From the human T2T-CHM13v2.0 reference genome, Homo sapiens, in the NCBI RefSeq assembly GCF_009914755.1, contig NC_060932.1: DNA of 64,000 nt; one strand, given 5' to 3'. Below are positions 30,097 to 44,300 of the stretch, piece by piece. Position 1 is the first letter of the stretch. Each line of letters starts with the position of its first letter. The notes under the pieces were generated by a model. It worked only from the letters and a program-made list of their open reading frames with translations. It had not been told where the DNA came from and did no database searches. The position numbers were made by a program, and so were the translations under genes.

Positions 30097-30697
30097 CAGC
30101 AGATCCTTGAATAAGGTCGTTTGCTCAATGTTGTTTATTTGTAACATTGATGAGAAAACATAAATAAATTTCCAGCTGTAGCCAAAGTCTCTGTGGAGTT
30201 TGCACATTCTCCCCATGTCTGCTTGGGTTTTCTCTTTGTACTGTGGCCTGCTCCCTCATCCCAAAGCTGTGCACATTAGGTGAATTGGTGTGCCTGTTCA
30301 GTCCCAGTATGAGTGAGTGTGGATGGGTATGATTAAGATGGAAAGGCATCCTGGCCAGGGGTGGTTCCTGCCTTGCATTCTAAGCTTCTGCAACAGGCTC
30401 CAACCACTCACAACAGTAAACTAGAATATTGGAGTAAGTAGTGATTTTACTTGTTTTATTAATCTTTCTGAAATGTATGTATAGCTCACATTTATTTAAA
30501 TGTTTAATATTAGCAGTGTTTTCATCTTTATTTAGAATTTTGGTGATGTTTTTGTGACCAGAAATATACCATAGGAACTTCACTCATGTTTATATCAGTC
30601 CATGGGAAAATTGGTTTCAGCATACGTCATTTCACTTAAAGTCACAGTTTCCAAGATCCTATCCATGATTTTAAGTGAGGACCTGGAGGACCTACCT
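30097..30697 (+). mobile_element. MER6A (TcMar-Tigger) carrying a V-SINE-like core
   Basis: TA-cagcagatccttgaataa..; tgtggagtttgcacattctccccatgtctgcttgggttttctc; ends aagtgaggacct. Confidence 0.85.
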
Positions 30698-31205
30698 TAT
30701 TTTTCAACGATAACCTGGCTGTAAGGGCTGAAATGCAAGAGTGGACAGATATCCTCAAAGAAAGACCAAACCAAAACAAAAGAAAACAAAGAAACCCAAA
30801 ACCAATTACTCTCAACAACAACAACAACAAAAGCTTGGTCACCCATCTGAGACAGAGATGAAGCCTTCAGGGATTTTTATCAAGGATGTTATTCAAATAA
30901 AAACATTTTGTACTAAAGAAATTATCATGGGAGAAAATCTTTTCCTGTGTCTGTCAGAATCTGACTCCCATTATGCAAAATGCCAATCTGAAGTTTTTCC
31001 ATTTTATTTAATTTCTTGGTAACTGACCTTCCCGCCAAATATGCATCTCAAATAAAAGACAGTTATTTTCCACATTAATAAGGCATTTTGCAACAAACAA
31101 ATATCCAATACTGGAAAGAAAATTATACAATAAATGCATTGTTTTAGTTTTGTATTTTCTTCTGGTTGTCTAATTACCTTAGCTGAAGTCCTTATTCTTG
31201 AAGAC

Positions 31206-31242
31206 AATAGCAAAAACCGCAATTACTTTTACACCAGCCTAA
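31206..31242. mobile_element. Half MADE1 (single TIR)
   Basis: aatagcaaaaaccgcaattacttttacaccagcctaa. Confidence 0.8.
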
Positions 31243-31244
31243 CA

Positions 31245-31475
31245 ATAGCTATCATTTTCAGTGTCCCTTCCAGGCCCTGGGTTAGATGATTTAGTGGATC
31301 ATCTCCAGCCTTGTGGTTCTAAGGGATAGACACCATTATCCTCATTTCACAAATCCTGAGTGCCAGAGAGGTTCATATCTCACTCAGGGTCACACAGCTT
31401 TAAGAAAAAAAAAAAAAGGCAGTTCTGGAACCTAGATCTGCAGGAACTGGAAGCCCATTTTCTTTTCCTAACCAG
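31245..31475 (-). mobile_element. MIR
   Basis: ccattatcctcatttcacaaat..cagagaggtt..cagggtcacacagct. Confidence 0.65.
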
Positions 31476-33049
31476 GCTCTCTCCTAAGTATTTTTAATTC
31501 ATAAACAGGGCTGTTGACTCAGGCTCCCTGGTGTAAGATTCAAGACTTATAAATTTAAACCTAGTTGGGAATTGCAAACGCACTTTCATTTATTGCTGCT
31601 GTAATCAAAGAGGAGGCTTTTACTTAAATATTGAGATTTGGGGATAGTAGCATAAATAGAAACAATTAATAAATATTCTAATTGTCCTTCTGTCCCCACT
31701 TGCATTAACCTGCACTGAATTTTTAGTTGAGCCATGTTCCCCCAAGTGCTATCCTTACACTTTACAGATGTTGCTTCTTATTTCAATAATAAGCTAATTT
31801 CCAACAATAACTACCCATGGTTAAATGCCACCCCTAAAGAGCATCTAAAGTTCAATTTAAGATAAACACAAAGTCACCCTGGGACTGCTTGTACTGTTCT
31901 TTTCACAATTGAGATTTACCAAATTGCACTGATACACTAAATTGTTCCCATCTCAAGAGGTATTTTTTAAAGTATATATGTCCAAGAAGTATATTTAGAT
32001 GTGATATAATTTCATTGGTTAAAGTGTCTATTAACTTCTTTGTGTCTGGATTTTCTTCTCTGGGTCAAAGTGAGGGTTTTGTTTTTGTTTTTTTTTATTG
32101 TTGTTGTTTGTTTGTTTGTTTTTCATATAAAGTCAACTTCCCAAGTTCAGAAAAGACTACTTTTGCTACATGAGATTTTAACTTAACATTTAATTTATTT
32201 AAGATATATATTCACAACCCTAGTCTTCTTTAGTCCTTGAATTTAATTTAAAATTATTACAATTCTATATCTAAATATAGCAAATTTCAACAGTCACTTT
32301 CAATATGGCCTTTGATTAATGTTTGATCAACTCAAGTTGAACAGGTAAAACTTATTCAAATAATTGGTACCTAAACTCTATATAAATTTAATATATTCAA
32401 TCTCCTTTATAGGCTCTTCAAATATCTACCTTTTAGCCAAAATTGAAAGAATTGAGTTTCCATAAACTCAATTATTATAAATTTAATGAGTGAAGTTTAT
32501 AAATATAATACATTTTAAATTATCTTAAACAATAAACACACAAAGATTATTTCAATTTTCTTAAACCTAACATGAAGGTAATAATACTGTGGATTTCATT
32601 TACTTTATCTCCTCTAACTTCAATTTTAAACCTTCCTGGAGTTAAAAGACTCTTAGCTTCATGTTCCCAGTGAATTGTAGCAATTGTCCCAAGAGAAATG
32701 AAGCAAGTAAAAGAAACGTAATGACTACAGATTCAAGACCAGTAAAAGAAACCTGGGGGCTTTGTATACCTAGGAAAGTTCTCTCCACCCACTGATAGAT
32801 ACATGGATTAATTTTTGTGTTGTTGCAGTAATAGAGGATTGAAAGTCATTACTATTCAAGTGAAGTTGGTTTTACTGATGTCTTCTGAGGCAAGGTACAC
32901 TATTACCTAATTATTTCATCTACATTTATCTACACTCTTTGAGTACAATTTCTTTCAATAATCTCTTTACTGTCTCTTTGAATCCTGCTTTGATTTTTAT
33001 TGTTTAAATTTTATTTTATCTGTCTTATCTGACAGGGCACAACTCCTTT

Positions 33050-33243
33050 GGTCAGATGCTGCATATCTCCCATACCTTCATCTGGTCCTTCAGTTATGAT
33101 GCCAAAGTCATGCTAATGACAATCTGACTACTTCAGTACCTCGCTCACAGGACTATTTTGAGAATCAAATAAGCTAACTGAATACTAAATTTTTTACCAC
33201 AGTGCCTAGAGCATAATAGGCACTAGATAAGCTACTATTATTT
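33050..33243 (+). mobile_element. MIR
   Basis: gtacctcgctcacagg..gagaatcaaataagctaa..cagtgcctagagcataatagg. Confidence 0.6.
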
Positions 33244-33676
33244 TGGGGTGTTTTCACTTACATGAACTTTTATCCAGTTGTTGAATTTTAGTTATAACAA
33301 CATATAATTGTAGTTTTAAAAATTTTATATTCTATTACATCCATTTCCTGTCAAAGTCCCATTAAAGCAGCAGTTAAAAATATATTTAAAACATAATAAG
33401 CCTATAAGCACAGAAAAAAAAAAGTATAAGAGCTAGTAGCTCAGGAAACCAAGAAACAAAACAAAACAAACAAAACCAACCAACCAAACAAACAAACAAA
33501 AAACCTGAACCTAAGCAGATGATGGGAAAAGCTGAGAAGCAACTTAATTTACACTGAATTTACACTAAGGACACTGAACCTTTACCTGTAAAGGCTCAAG
33601 AATTGGCAGTGATAGTTGGGGTGACAATGGGGCAAAATAATAGAAGAATTAATTCAAAATTATCTTTAAGAAGCAC

Positions 33677-36080
33677 TGATATAGTTTGGTTCTGTGTCCC
33701 CACCCAAATCTCATGTCAAAATGTAATCCCCACCTATTGGAGAAGGAGCCTGGTGGGAGGTGATTGAATCATGGGGGCAGACTTCCCCCTTGCTGTTCTC
33801 ATGATAGTGAGTGAGTTCTCATGAGACCTGGTTATTTGAAAGTGTGTAGCACTTCCCCTTTCACTCTCTCTCTCTCTCGCTGGCCATGTGAAGATTTGCT
33901 TGCTTGCCCTTCACCTTCTGCTATGATTTTAAGTTTCCTGAGGCATCCCCAGCCATGCCTCCTGTACAGTCTGCAGAACTGTGAGTCTATTAAACCTCCT
34001 TTCCTCATAAATTACCCAGTCTCAGAAAGTTCTTTAGAGCAATGTGAGAATGGACTAATACAGAAAATTGGCACCAGAGAAGTGGGGCATTGCTTTAAAG
34101 ATACCTGAAAATGTGGAAGTGACTTTGGAACTGGGTAATGGGCAGAGGTTTAAACAGTTTGGAGGACTCAGAAGAAGACAGGAAGATGAGGGAAAGTTTG
34201 GAACTTCCTAAAGACTGGCTAAATTGTTGTGACCAAAATGCTGATAGTGATATGGACAATGATGTCCAGGCTGTGGTGGAGTAAAAATCACTTGCCATGC
34301 TTTAGCAAAGAGACTGGCAGCATTGTGCCCCTGCTTTAGGGATCTATTGAACTTTGAACTTGAGAAAGATGATTTAGGGTATCTGGCAAAAGAAATTTCT
34401 AAGCAGCAAAGTGTTCAAGGTGTGATCTGGCTGCTTCTAAAAGCCTATGCTCATCTGCATAAGCAAAGAGATAATCTAAAACTGGAACTTACATTTAAAA
34501 GAGAAGAAGAACATAAAAGTTTGGAAAATTTGCAGCCTGACCATGTGGTAGAAAAGAAAAATCCATTTTCTGGGGAAGAATTCAAGCTCAAGCCAGCTGC
34601 AGAAATTTGCATAAGCAAACAGGGACCAAATGTTAATAGCCAAGACAATGGCAAAAATGCCTCAGAGGCATTTCAGAGACCTTTGCAGCAGCCCCTCACA
34701 TCATAGACCTGGAGACCTAGAAGGAAAAAAAAATGGTTTCATGGTCTAGGCCTAGGGCCTCACAGTTCTGTGCAGCTTCAGAACATGGCACGCTACATCC
34801 CTGTCACTCTAGCTCCAGCAGTGGCTAAAAGTGGCCAAGGTACAGCTCAAGCCATTTCTTCAGAGGGTGCTTCAGAGCGTGCAAGACCCAAGCCTTGGCA
34901 GTTTCCATGTGGTGTTAAGCCTACAGGTGCACAGAGTGTGAGAGTTGAGGTTTGGGAGCCTCCACCTAGATTTCAGAGGATGTATCGAAATGCCTGATAT
35001 CCAGGCAGAAGTCTGCTGCAGGAGCAGAGTCCTCATGGAGAACCTCTACTAAGGCAGCACAGAGGGAAAATGTGCAGAGGGAAAATGTGGGGCTGCAGCC
35101 CCCACACAGAGTCCCCACTGGGGCAGTGCCTATTGGAGCTCTGAGAAGAGGGCCACTGTCCTCCAGACCCCAGAATTGTAGATCCACCCAACACCTTGCA
35201 CCATGCACCTGGAAAAGTTGCATGCACTCACCGCCAGCTTATGAAAGCAGCCACAGGGGATGTACCCTGCAAAGCCACAGGGGAAGAGCTGCCCAAAGCC
35301 TTGAGGGTTCAGTCTTTGCATCAGCATGGCCCAGATGTGAGACATGGAGTCAAAGGAGGTTTTGAAGCTTTAAGGTTTAACGACTGCCCTGCTGTATTTT
35401 GGACTTGCATAGGGCTATAGTCCCTTTGTTTTGGCCAATTTCTTCCTTTTGGAACCAGAGCATTTACCCAATACCTGTACCCCCCTTGTATCTTGGCAAT
35501 AACTAACTTGTCTTTGATTTTACAGACCCATAGATGGAAGGGACTTGCCTTGTCTCTGGTGAGACTTTAGACTTGGACTTTTGAGTTAATGCTGGAATGA
35601 GTTAAGACTTTGGGGGACTGTTGGGAAGGTATGATTTTGTTTTGAAATGTGAAAAGGATGTGAGATTTGGGAGGGGCCAGAGGCAGAATGGTATAGTTTG
35701 GCTCTGTTTCTAAAACCAAATCTCATGTTGAATCATAATCCCCATGTGTTGGAGGAGGAGCCTGGTAGGAAGTGATTGAATCATGGGGGCAGACTTTCCC
35801 CTTGCTGTTCTTGTAATAGCGAGTGAGTTCTCATGAGGTCTGGTTGTTTGAAAGTGTGTAGTACTTCCCTCTTTGCTCTCTCTCTCTCTCTCAATCACTG
35901 GCCATGTGAAGATGTGCTTGCTTCCCCTTCACCTTCCACCATGATTTTAAGTTTCCTGAGGTCTCCCCAGCCATGCCTCCTGTACAGCCTGTGGAACTAT
36001 GAGTCAATTAAACCTCTTTTCTTCATAAATTACCCAGTCTCACGTAGTTCTTTATAGCAGTGCGAGAATGGACTTATATG
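33677..36080 (+). mobile_element. Full-length MSTA MaLR provirus: 5'LTR 33677-34062, internal 34063-35688, 3'LTR 35689-36080
   Basis: Two direct LTRs (tgatatagtttgg..ggactaataca) around MST-int (gaaaattggcaccagaga..gatttgggaggggccagaggcagaa); TSD agcac/ggcac; internal ORF remnants (34323-34706). Confidence 0.93.
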
Positions 36081-36316
36081 GCACTTAGACGTTTAGATCA
36101 TTTCTCATTCTCTAAAGGTGAATAAAAGTCCTCTACCTCTGGCAGAAGACCAGCTGTTTATTCTGTGAAGAGGTAGGTCACAAGAAGCCTATGAACTAGG
36201 GTTATCAGCTACAGGTGAAGGCATGGGTAACTTAATAAAATAGGGAGATTAATCAAAGCTTAAATACTAAAATTGACAGCCCCTGCCGAGACTCTTAACC
36301 TCCAGGGATGAGGCTG

Positions 36317-36691
36317 TGTGTTAATCTGTTCTTGCATTACTATAAAGAAACACTGATGCTGGGTAGTTTATAAAGAAAAGACACTTAATTGGCTCATGGT
36401 TCTGCAGGCTGTAAAGGAAGCATAGCAGCATCTGCTCAGCTTCACTCATTGTGGAAGGTGAAGGGGAAGCTGACACTTCATATGGCTTGAGAAGGTGGAA
36501 GACAGAGAGGGGAGAGGTGCTACACACTTTTAAACAACCAGATCTCATGAGAACTTAGTCACTATCATGAGAAAAGCAAGGGGGAAATCTGCTCCCATGA
36601 TCAAGTCACCTCTCACCAGGCCCCTCCTCCAACACGGGGGATTACAGTTTGACATAAGATTTGGGCAGGGACACAGACCCAAACCATATCA
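36317..36691 (-). mobile_element. MSTA/MSTB solo LTR
   Basis: tgtgttaatctgttcttgc..ctacacacttttaaacaaccagatctc..cagacccaaaccatatca. Confidence 0.88.
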
Positions 36692-37671
36692 AGTTGTAAG
36701 AGCTTCTCTAAGGAAGCTGACTAACCCCATAAAAAGAGACTGAAAGACTCTGACATTTGAGATTCTCCAATTGTCTTAGTTTATTCAGGCTGCTATATCA
36801 AAATACCTTAAACTGGGTAATTTATAAAGAACAGAAATGTATTGCTTACAGTTCTGGAGGCTGAGAAGTCCAAGATCAAGGCACTAGCAGATTCAGTGTC
36901 TGGTGAGGACCCACTCCTCACAGATGGTGCCTTGTATGTGTCCTCACATGGCAAAAGGGCAAGGCAGCTCTCTCAGGCCTCTTTTATTTTTATTTATTCA
37001 TTTTTATTTCAATAGTTTTCAGGGTGCAGGTAGTTTTTGGTTACATGGATAAGTTCTTCAGTAGTGATTTCTAAGATAAGGGGGCACCCATCACCTGAGC
37101 AGTGTACACCATATCCAATGTGTAGTCTTTTATCCCCCACCCCCCTCCCACTTTTCTCCCTGAGTTCCCAAAGTCCATTACAACATTCTTATGCCTTTGC
37201 ATCCTCATGGCTTAGCTCCTACTTGTAAGTAAGAAAATGTAATATTTGGGTTTCCATTCCTGAGTTACTTCACTTAGAATAATGGCCTCTAGCTCCATCC
37301 AAGTTGCTGCAAAGGCCATTATTTCATTCCGTTTTATGGCTGAGTAGTACTTCATGGTGTACATATACCACATTTTCTTTATCCACTTATTAGTTGATGT
37401 GCATTGGTTGGTTCCATATTTTTGCAATTGGTAATCGTGCGCTATAGACATGCATGTGCAGCTGTCTTTTTCGTATAATGACTTATTTTCCTCTGGGTAG
37501 ATACCTAGTAGTAGGATTTAAGGATTCTCCGTATTGTTTTCCTTAGTGGTTGTACTAGTTTACATTCCCACCAGCAGTGTAAAAGTGTTCTCTTTTCATC
37601 ACATCCACATCAATAGCTATCATTTTTTAATTTTTAAATTGTGACCATTTTTGCAGGAATAAGATGGTAGG

Positions 37672-38299
<628 letters not shown>

Positions 38300-38852
38300 T
38301 CATTGTGGTTTTAATTTGCATTTCCCTGATAATTAGTGATGAGCATTTTTTCATATATGTGTTGGCTGTTTGTGTATCTTCTTTTGAGAAATGTCTATTT
38401 ATGTCCTTTGCTGACTTTTTGATTGGATTATTTGTTTTTGATGGGATTATTTGTTTTTTTTTGTTTGAGTTCCTTGTAGATTCTTTGTCCTTTGTCAGAT
38501 GCATAGTTTGTGAATATTTTCTCCCACTCTGTGGGTTGTCTGTTTACTTGAGCCTCTTTTATAAGGGCATGAATTTCATTCACAAGAGCTGAGCGCCCAT
38601 GACCTAATCACCTCCCAAAGACCACACCTTCTAATACCATCACCTTGGTGACTAGGTTTCAACATATGAATGTTGGAGAGGCACAAAAATTCACACCATA
38701 GCACCAATGCAATGGACCAGCAGATCCTAAAAGGAATAGTACAGTTTGACAAGCCCATCCACACTCATGGAGTTTCCAGTCAGCTTTCAGTGTTGAGTGA
38801 GCAGATAACAATTTCCCAAGCACTTAAAGAAAATCCCAAGCACTTAAAGAAA

Positions 38853-39140
38853 AGTCCCTTTGTTTTGGCCAATTTCTTCCTTTTGGAACCAGAGCATTTA
38901 CCCAATACCTGTACCCCCCTTGTATCTTGGCAGTAACTAACTTGTCTTTGAATTTACAGACTCATAGATGGAAGGGACTTGCCTTGTCTCAGGTGAGACT
39001 TTAGATTTGGACTTTTAAGTTAATGCTGGAATGAGTTAAGACTTTGGGGGGACTGTTGGGAAGGTATGATTGTGTTTTGAAATGTGAGAAGGATGTGAGA
39101 TTTGGGAGGGGCCAGAGGCAGAATGATATAGTTTGGCTCT
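38853..39140 (+). repeat. 288-bp local duplicate of MSTA provirus 35419-35705
   Basis: 10 differences by manual alignment (about 96.5% identity); preceded by a 20-bp tandem duplication at 38814-38853. Confidence 0.93.
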
Positions 39141-39754
39141 AATAGGAATTTGAAGACCCAAATAAATGGAAAATGCAGACAGGAGAAAATCTCAAAAACT
39201 ATCATTAATGTCTTCACAGAGAAAAGCATCTTTTAAACAATCAGGCTGGAATTGTTTTTCTTTAACAAAAAGATATATCAAAGGATTGAAAAAGAACTCT
39301 TGTAAGTTAAAAATAGAAAAAAGTCTAACCTAATAAAAAGTTTGGAAGATAAAAATGAAAACAAAAACCTCCTAGAAAGTAGTACTCCACCAAAATAAAG
39401 GAATAAAACAGTGAGGCAGAAGCAATGGAATCCAGGTAAAAGGGGAGGCAGCACAAAAAACCTGGAGAAAATTTCTAAGATAGTGGTGAAAAGATTTCAA
39501 GCAGCAGTTATGCAGTAAGCTCAGAGAGCAACCAGTTGAGATTGAGGCAGATCAAATGGCTCCAGAGAGGTGTTTTCTCCCCAAAATGAAAAGCGATAAG
39601 ATGTCGAATGTTCTAAACATACAATTCGGAGATTTACACAACTGAGGTTAAGATGGGGTGAATTAGTGGCAAGTGTTTAGAAAACAAAACATTTTCCATT
39701 TCAGACAAAATGAGAGACTATATGGAAAAGAAAATCAGTCTCTATCAGGTAACT

Positions 39755-41231
<1,477 letters not shown>

Positions 41232-41722
41232 TAGAAAGTATTAAATTTAAAATAATTTTAAAATAATTTATTTCAATGAAAAAACAAAATAAAGAGGTTG
41301 GTGGGGCTTGGATGTAGAGCAAAGCAAAAATGAGAGATATGTGAACGGCCTCCCAAAGATTATCCCAATGATTTCCCATGAGGTACAAGCAACCTGCTAG
41401 GTTTTGATCTCCTGGTGGGGATCAGGACAAGTTCACAAGAACATAGCCCACCTAAAGGCACCAGTAACCACTTACCACCTATGGCAACACAGAAAATCTA
41501 ATGGCTGGTGCAGTTCTTTACCTGACATATTTCATTGATGAGATTTGCCTTCCTCTTCACAGATTGTTTAATATCCTTCTCCCAGTGAACTGAAAAGTCC
41601 ATGAGGGCAGGAACAATGTCTGTCAGATTAGCCATTGTAGGTGAGCTATTGTAGGTTCTCTCTGTGCCTATGTCTGCGTTGAATTGAAATTCATTTGAAG
41701 AGTGTACAATCTTGTAGTGCAT

Positions 41723-42251
41723 TCTTTTATATTTTTTAACTTTTATTTTAGGTTCAAGGGTACATATGCAGGCTTGTTATGTAGGTAAATTGCATGTCAC
41801 GGGGGTTTGGTGTACAGATTATTTTATCACTCAGGTAATAAGCATAGTACACAAAAGATAGTTTTTCAGTCCTCTCTCTCCTCCCATTCTGCACTCTTAA
41901 GTATGCCCTGATGGCTGTGGTTCCCTTCTTTGTGTCCACGTGTTGTGTTTTCAATGTTTAGCTCCTACTTACAAGTGACAACGTGCAGTATTTGGTTTTC
42001 TGTCCCTGCATTAGTTTGCTTGGGATAATGGCCTCCACCTTTATCCATGTTGCCGCAAAGGACGTGATCTCATTCTTTGTTATGGCTGCATAGTATTCCA
42101 TAGTGTATATGTACCACATTTTCTTTATCCAGTCTACCACTGATGGGCATTTAGGATGATTCCATAACTTTGGTATTGTGAGTAGTGCTGTGATGAACAT
42201 ATATGTGCATGTGTCTTTATGGCAGAATGATTTATATTCTTTTGGGTATAG
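41723..42251 (-). mobile_element. L1PA16-like 3' end
   Basis: tgcatgtcacgggggtttggtgtacagattatt..; ORF2 C-terminus remnant in ORF 41958-42263. Confidence 0.88.
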
Positions 42252-43294
42252 AAATGTCTGCATAATGCATGCAATATGGTTGCATGCTTTTAAATAATGG
42301 GTGCATGGTTTTAAATAAATATTTTAATATACTATTCTTTAGTAATTATCATTCTTATAAAGATTCTTGATGTTTTCTACACTTTCTCTTCACAGTCTCA
42401 AAGACAAAAAACACCAATTTCTTATCCAACTCACTCTAGGCTTGTACACAGCTATCTTCAGCTTCATTCAGAACTCAAAGCTGTTAATTTCCTTCATGGC
42501 TCTAGACCATCTCCTCCAACTCAAAAGTTCTTCTGAGTTCAACAGCCTAAGAATGGAACTCTAGATTCGAGAAGGAGCCTTAGCTCCCACTCCCAGTCTT
42601 TTTTCTCTTCCTCCTACTTTCATGGATCTTCTAATTATGTGGTCTCAGGAGGCAGCATGGATGGCTGTGGCTTTCAGGCTTCAGGCCTCTCAGGCTGAAT
42701 GTGCATCTCCCTGGCTTCTCCCAGTTGGAGAGAACATTCATTTTTCTCTTCTTACAGAGTGAATAGTCTCCCTCTAAGTGGGTATTTTCAGCTGTTAGTT
42801 GCCCCTTGAAGCTTACGTGTGATAGTACTCTCCCATCATTTGTGGATGCCCCACGTTTCTGCAAATGTCATAATGATTTACTGATCGGCATCGCCTTCTT
42901 CCAATTAGATCCCTATCGTATATTAGAGCATAGATTTTAAAATAACATTTCAGCAGAGTGTGTTACTGACTCTCAGCCAGTCAGGGTGCATTTAAGGCAC
43001 CCAAGGCCTCAATCTGCTCCAAACCAGGGCACTCTTCATTTTTCATTGGAGGATTGGAGAGGCAGCCCAGGTGGAATCAATAATATGCTGTAAGCCTGAA
43101 AAATCCTGATAGCTAATAAAGTATTTCTTTTAAAGCTAGTTTTATTTTAGGGAAATCCAATGCTTTAAAATTCTAACTTATGGAAAAGATAATTTAGAGA
43201 GCATGTATCTCCAAAAAGTTTTTTGGGGACTATTGAACTATTCTAATCAATCACGCTGATTTCCATCAAATCTTTCTCTTGAGAAATTTCTGTC

Positions 43295-43390
43295 TGAACT
43301 GCAGCATAGCACTAAGCACTTGTAAATATTTGGTAAATGTAAAATGAAGAAATAAATAACATGAATATATGAATCAATAAATGAACAAAT
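43295..43390 (+). mobile_element. L2 3' end fragment
   Basis: gcatagcactaagcacttgtaaatatttggtaaatg..tgaatcaataaatgaa. Confidence 0.5.
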
Positions 43391-43647
43391 AAATATATAA
43401 ATGAAGCAATGGCTAAGAAAATGAATCACATGTTGTGTGTATCTGCCTATCATATCTTTTGATTTCTGTGTTTAAAGACAAATCATTTCAGGTTCAGAGG
43501 GTACTTGTTGGATTAAGAGGAGATTACTAAACAAGCAAGTGATAACTGGGCATCTATTCCCTGCCAGGCAGTGTGCACTGCATTTTTATAGACAATTGGC
43601 TTCTTTGTGAAACTATCACTGACAGTTTCCTCTAAAGAATAGGTCTA

Positions 43648-43953
<306 letters not shown>

Positions 43954-44069
43954 AAAGAATAGGGCTATATCCTGAACATAAAACAACAACAACAATAATA
44001 ATAAATTCTAAATATCAATTTTGAGCCATAGTTTATAAATCACATATTCTGGATGAGGCCAAGCCAGGT

Positions 44070-44300
44070 ATGCGGCAGGCCCTGTACCAGGCACTGCACA
44101 TGGAGTGATGGGAAAGATCAACAATGCTCTGCCCTCAGGGAACTTATATTCTAGCCAGAGAGACAAACCCAAAGAAAGGAAATACAATAATAGCACATTG
44201 TGATGAATGCTGGGAAAGAAGCAAACACAGTACTGGAATCCAAGATAATAAGAGACTACAATTGACTGGCCTCTGAGGAGAAGACATTTAAGCTGAAAAG
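44070..44300 (-). mobile_element. L2 fragment
   Basis: ctgtaccaggcactg..ctctgccctcagggaacttatattctag. Confidence 0.6.

Noticed and set aside
31500-33050. AT-rich tract as a matrix attachment region
   Set aside because: Composition alone is not evidence; it may be decayed repeat.
33761-33771. DUX4-like motif tgattgaatca in the MSTA LTRs
   Set aside because: Deviates from the human DUX4 preference TAAYYYAATCA and is generic to the LTR family; binding cannot be supported.
34323-35420. Cluster of ORFs in the MST internal region
   Set aside because: Fragments of the degenerate MaLR internal ORF, broken by stops and frameshifts.
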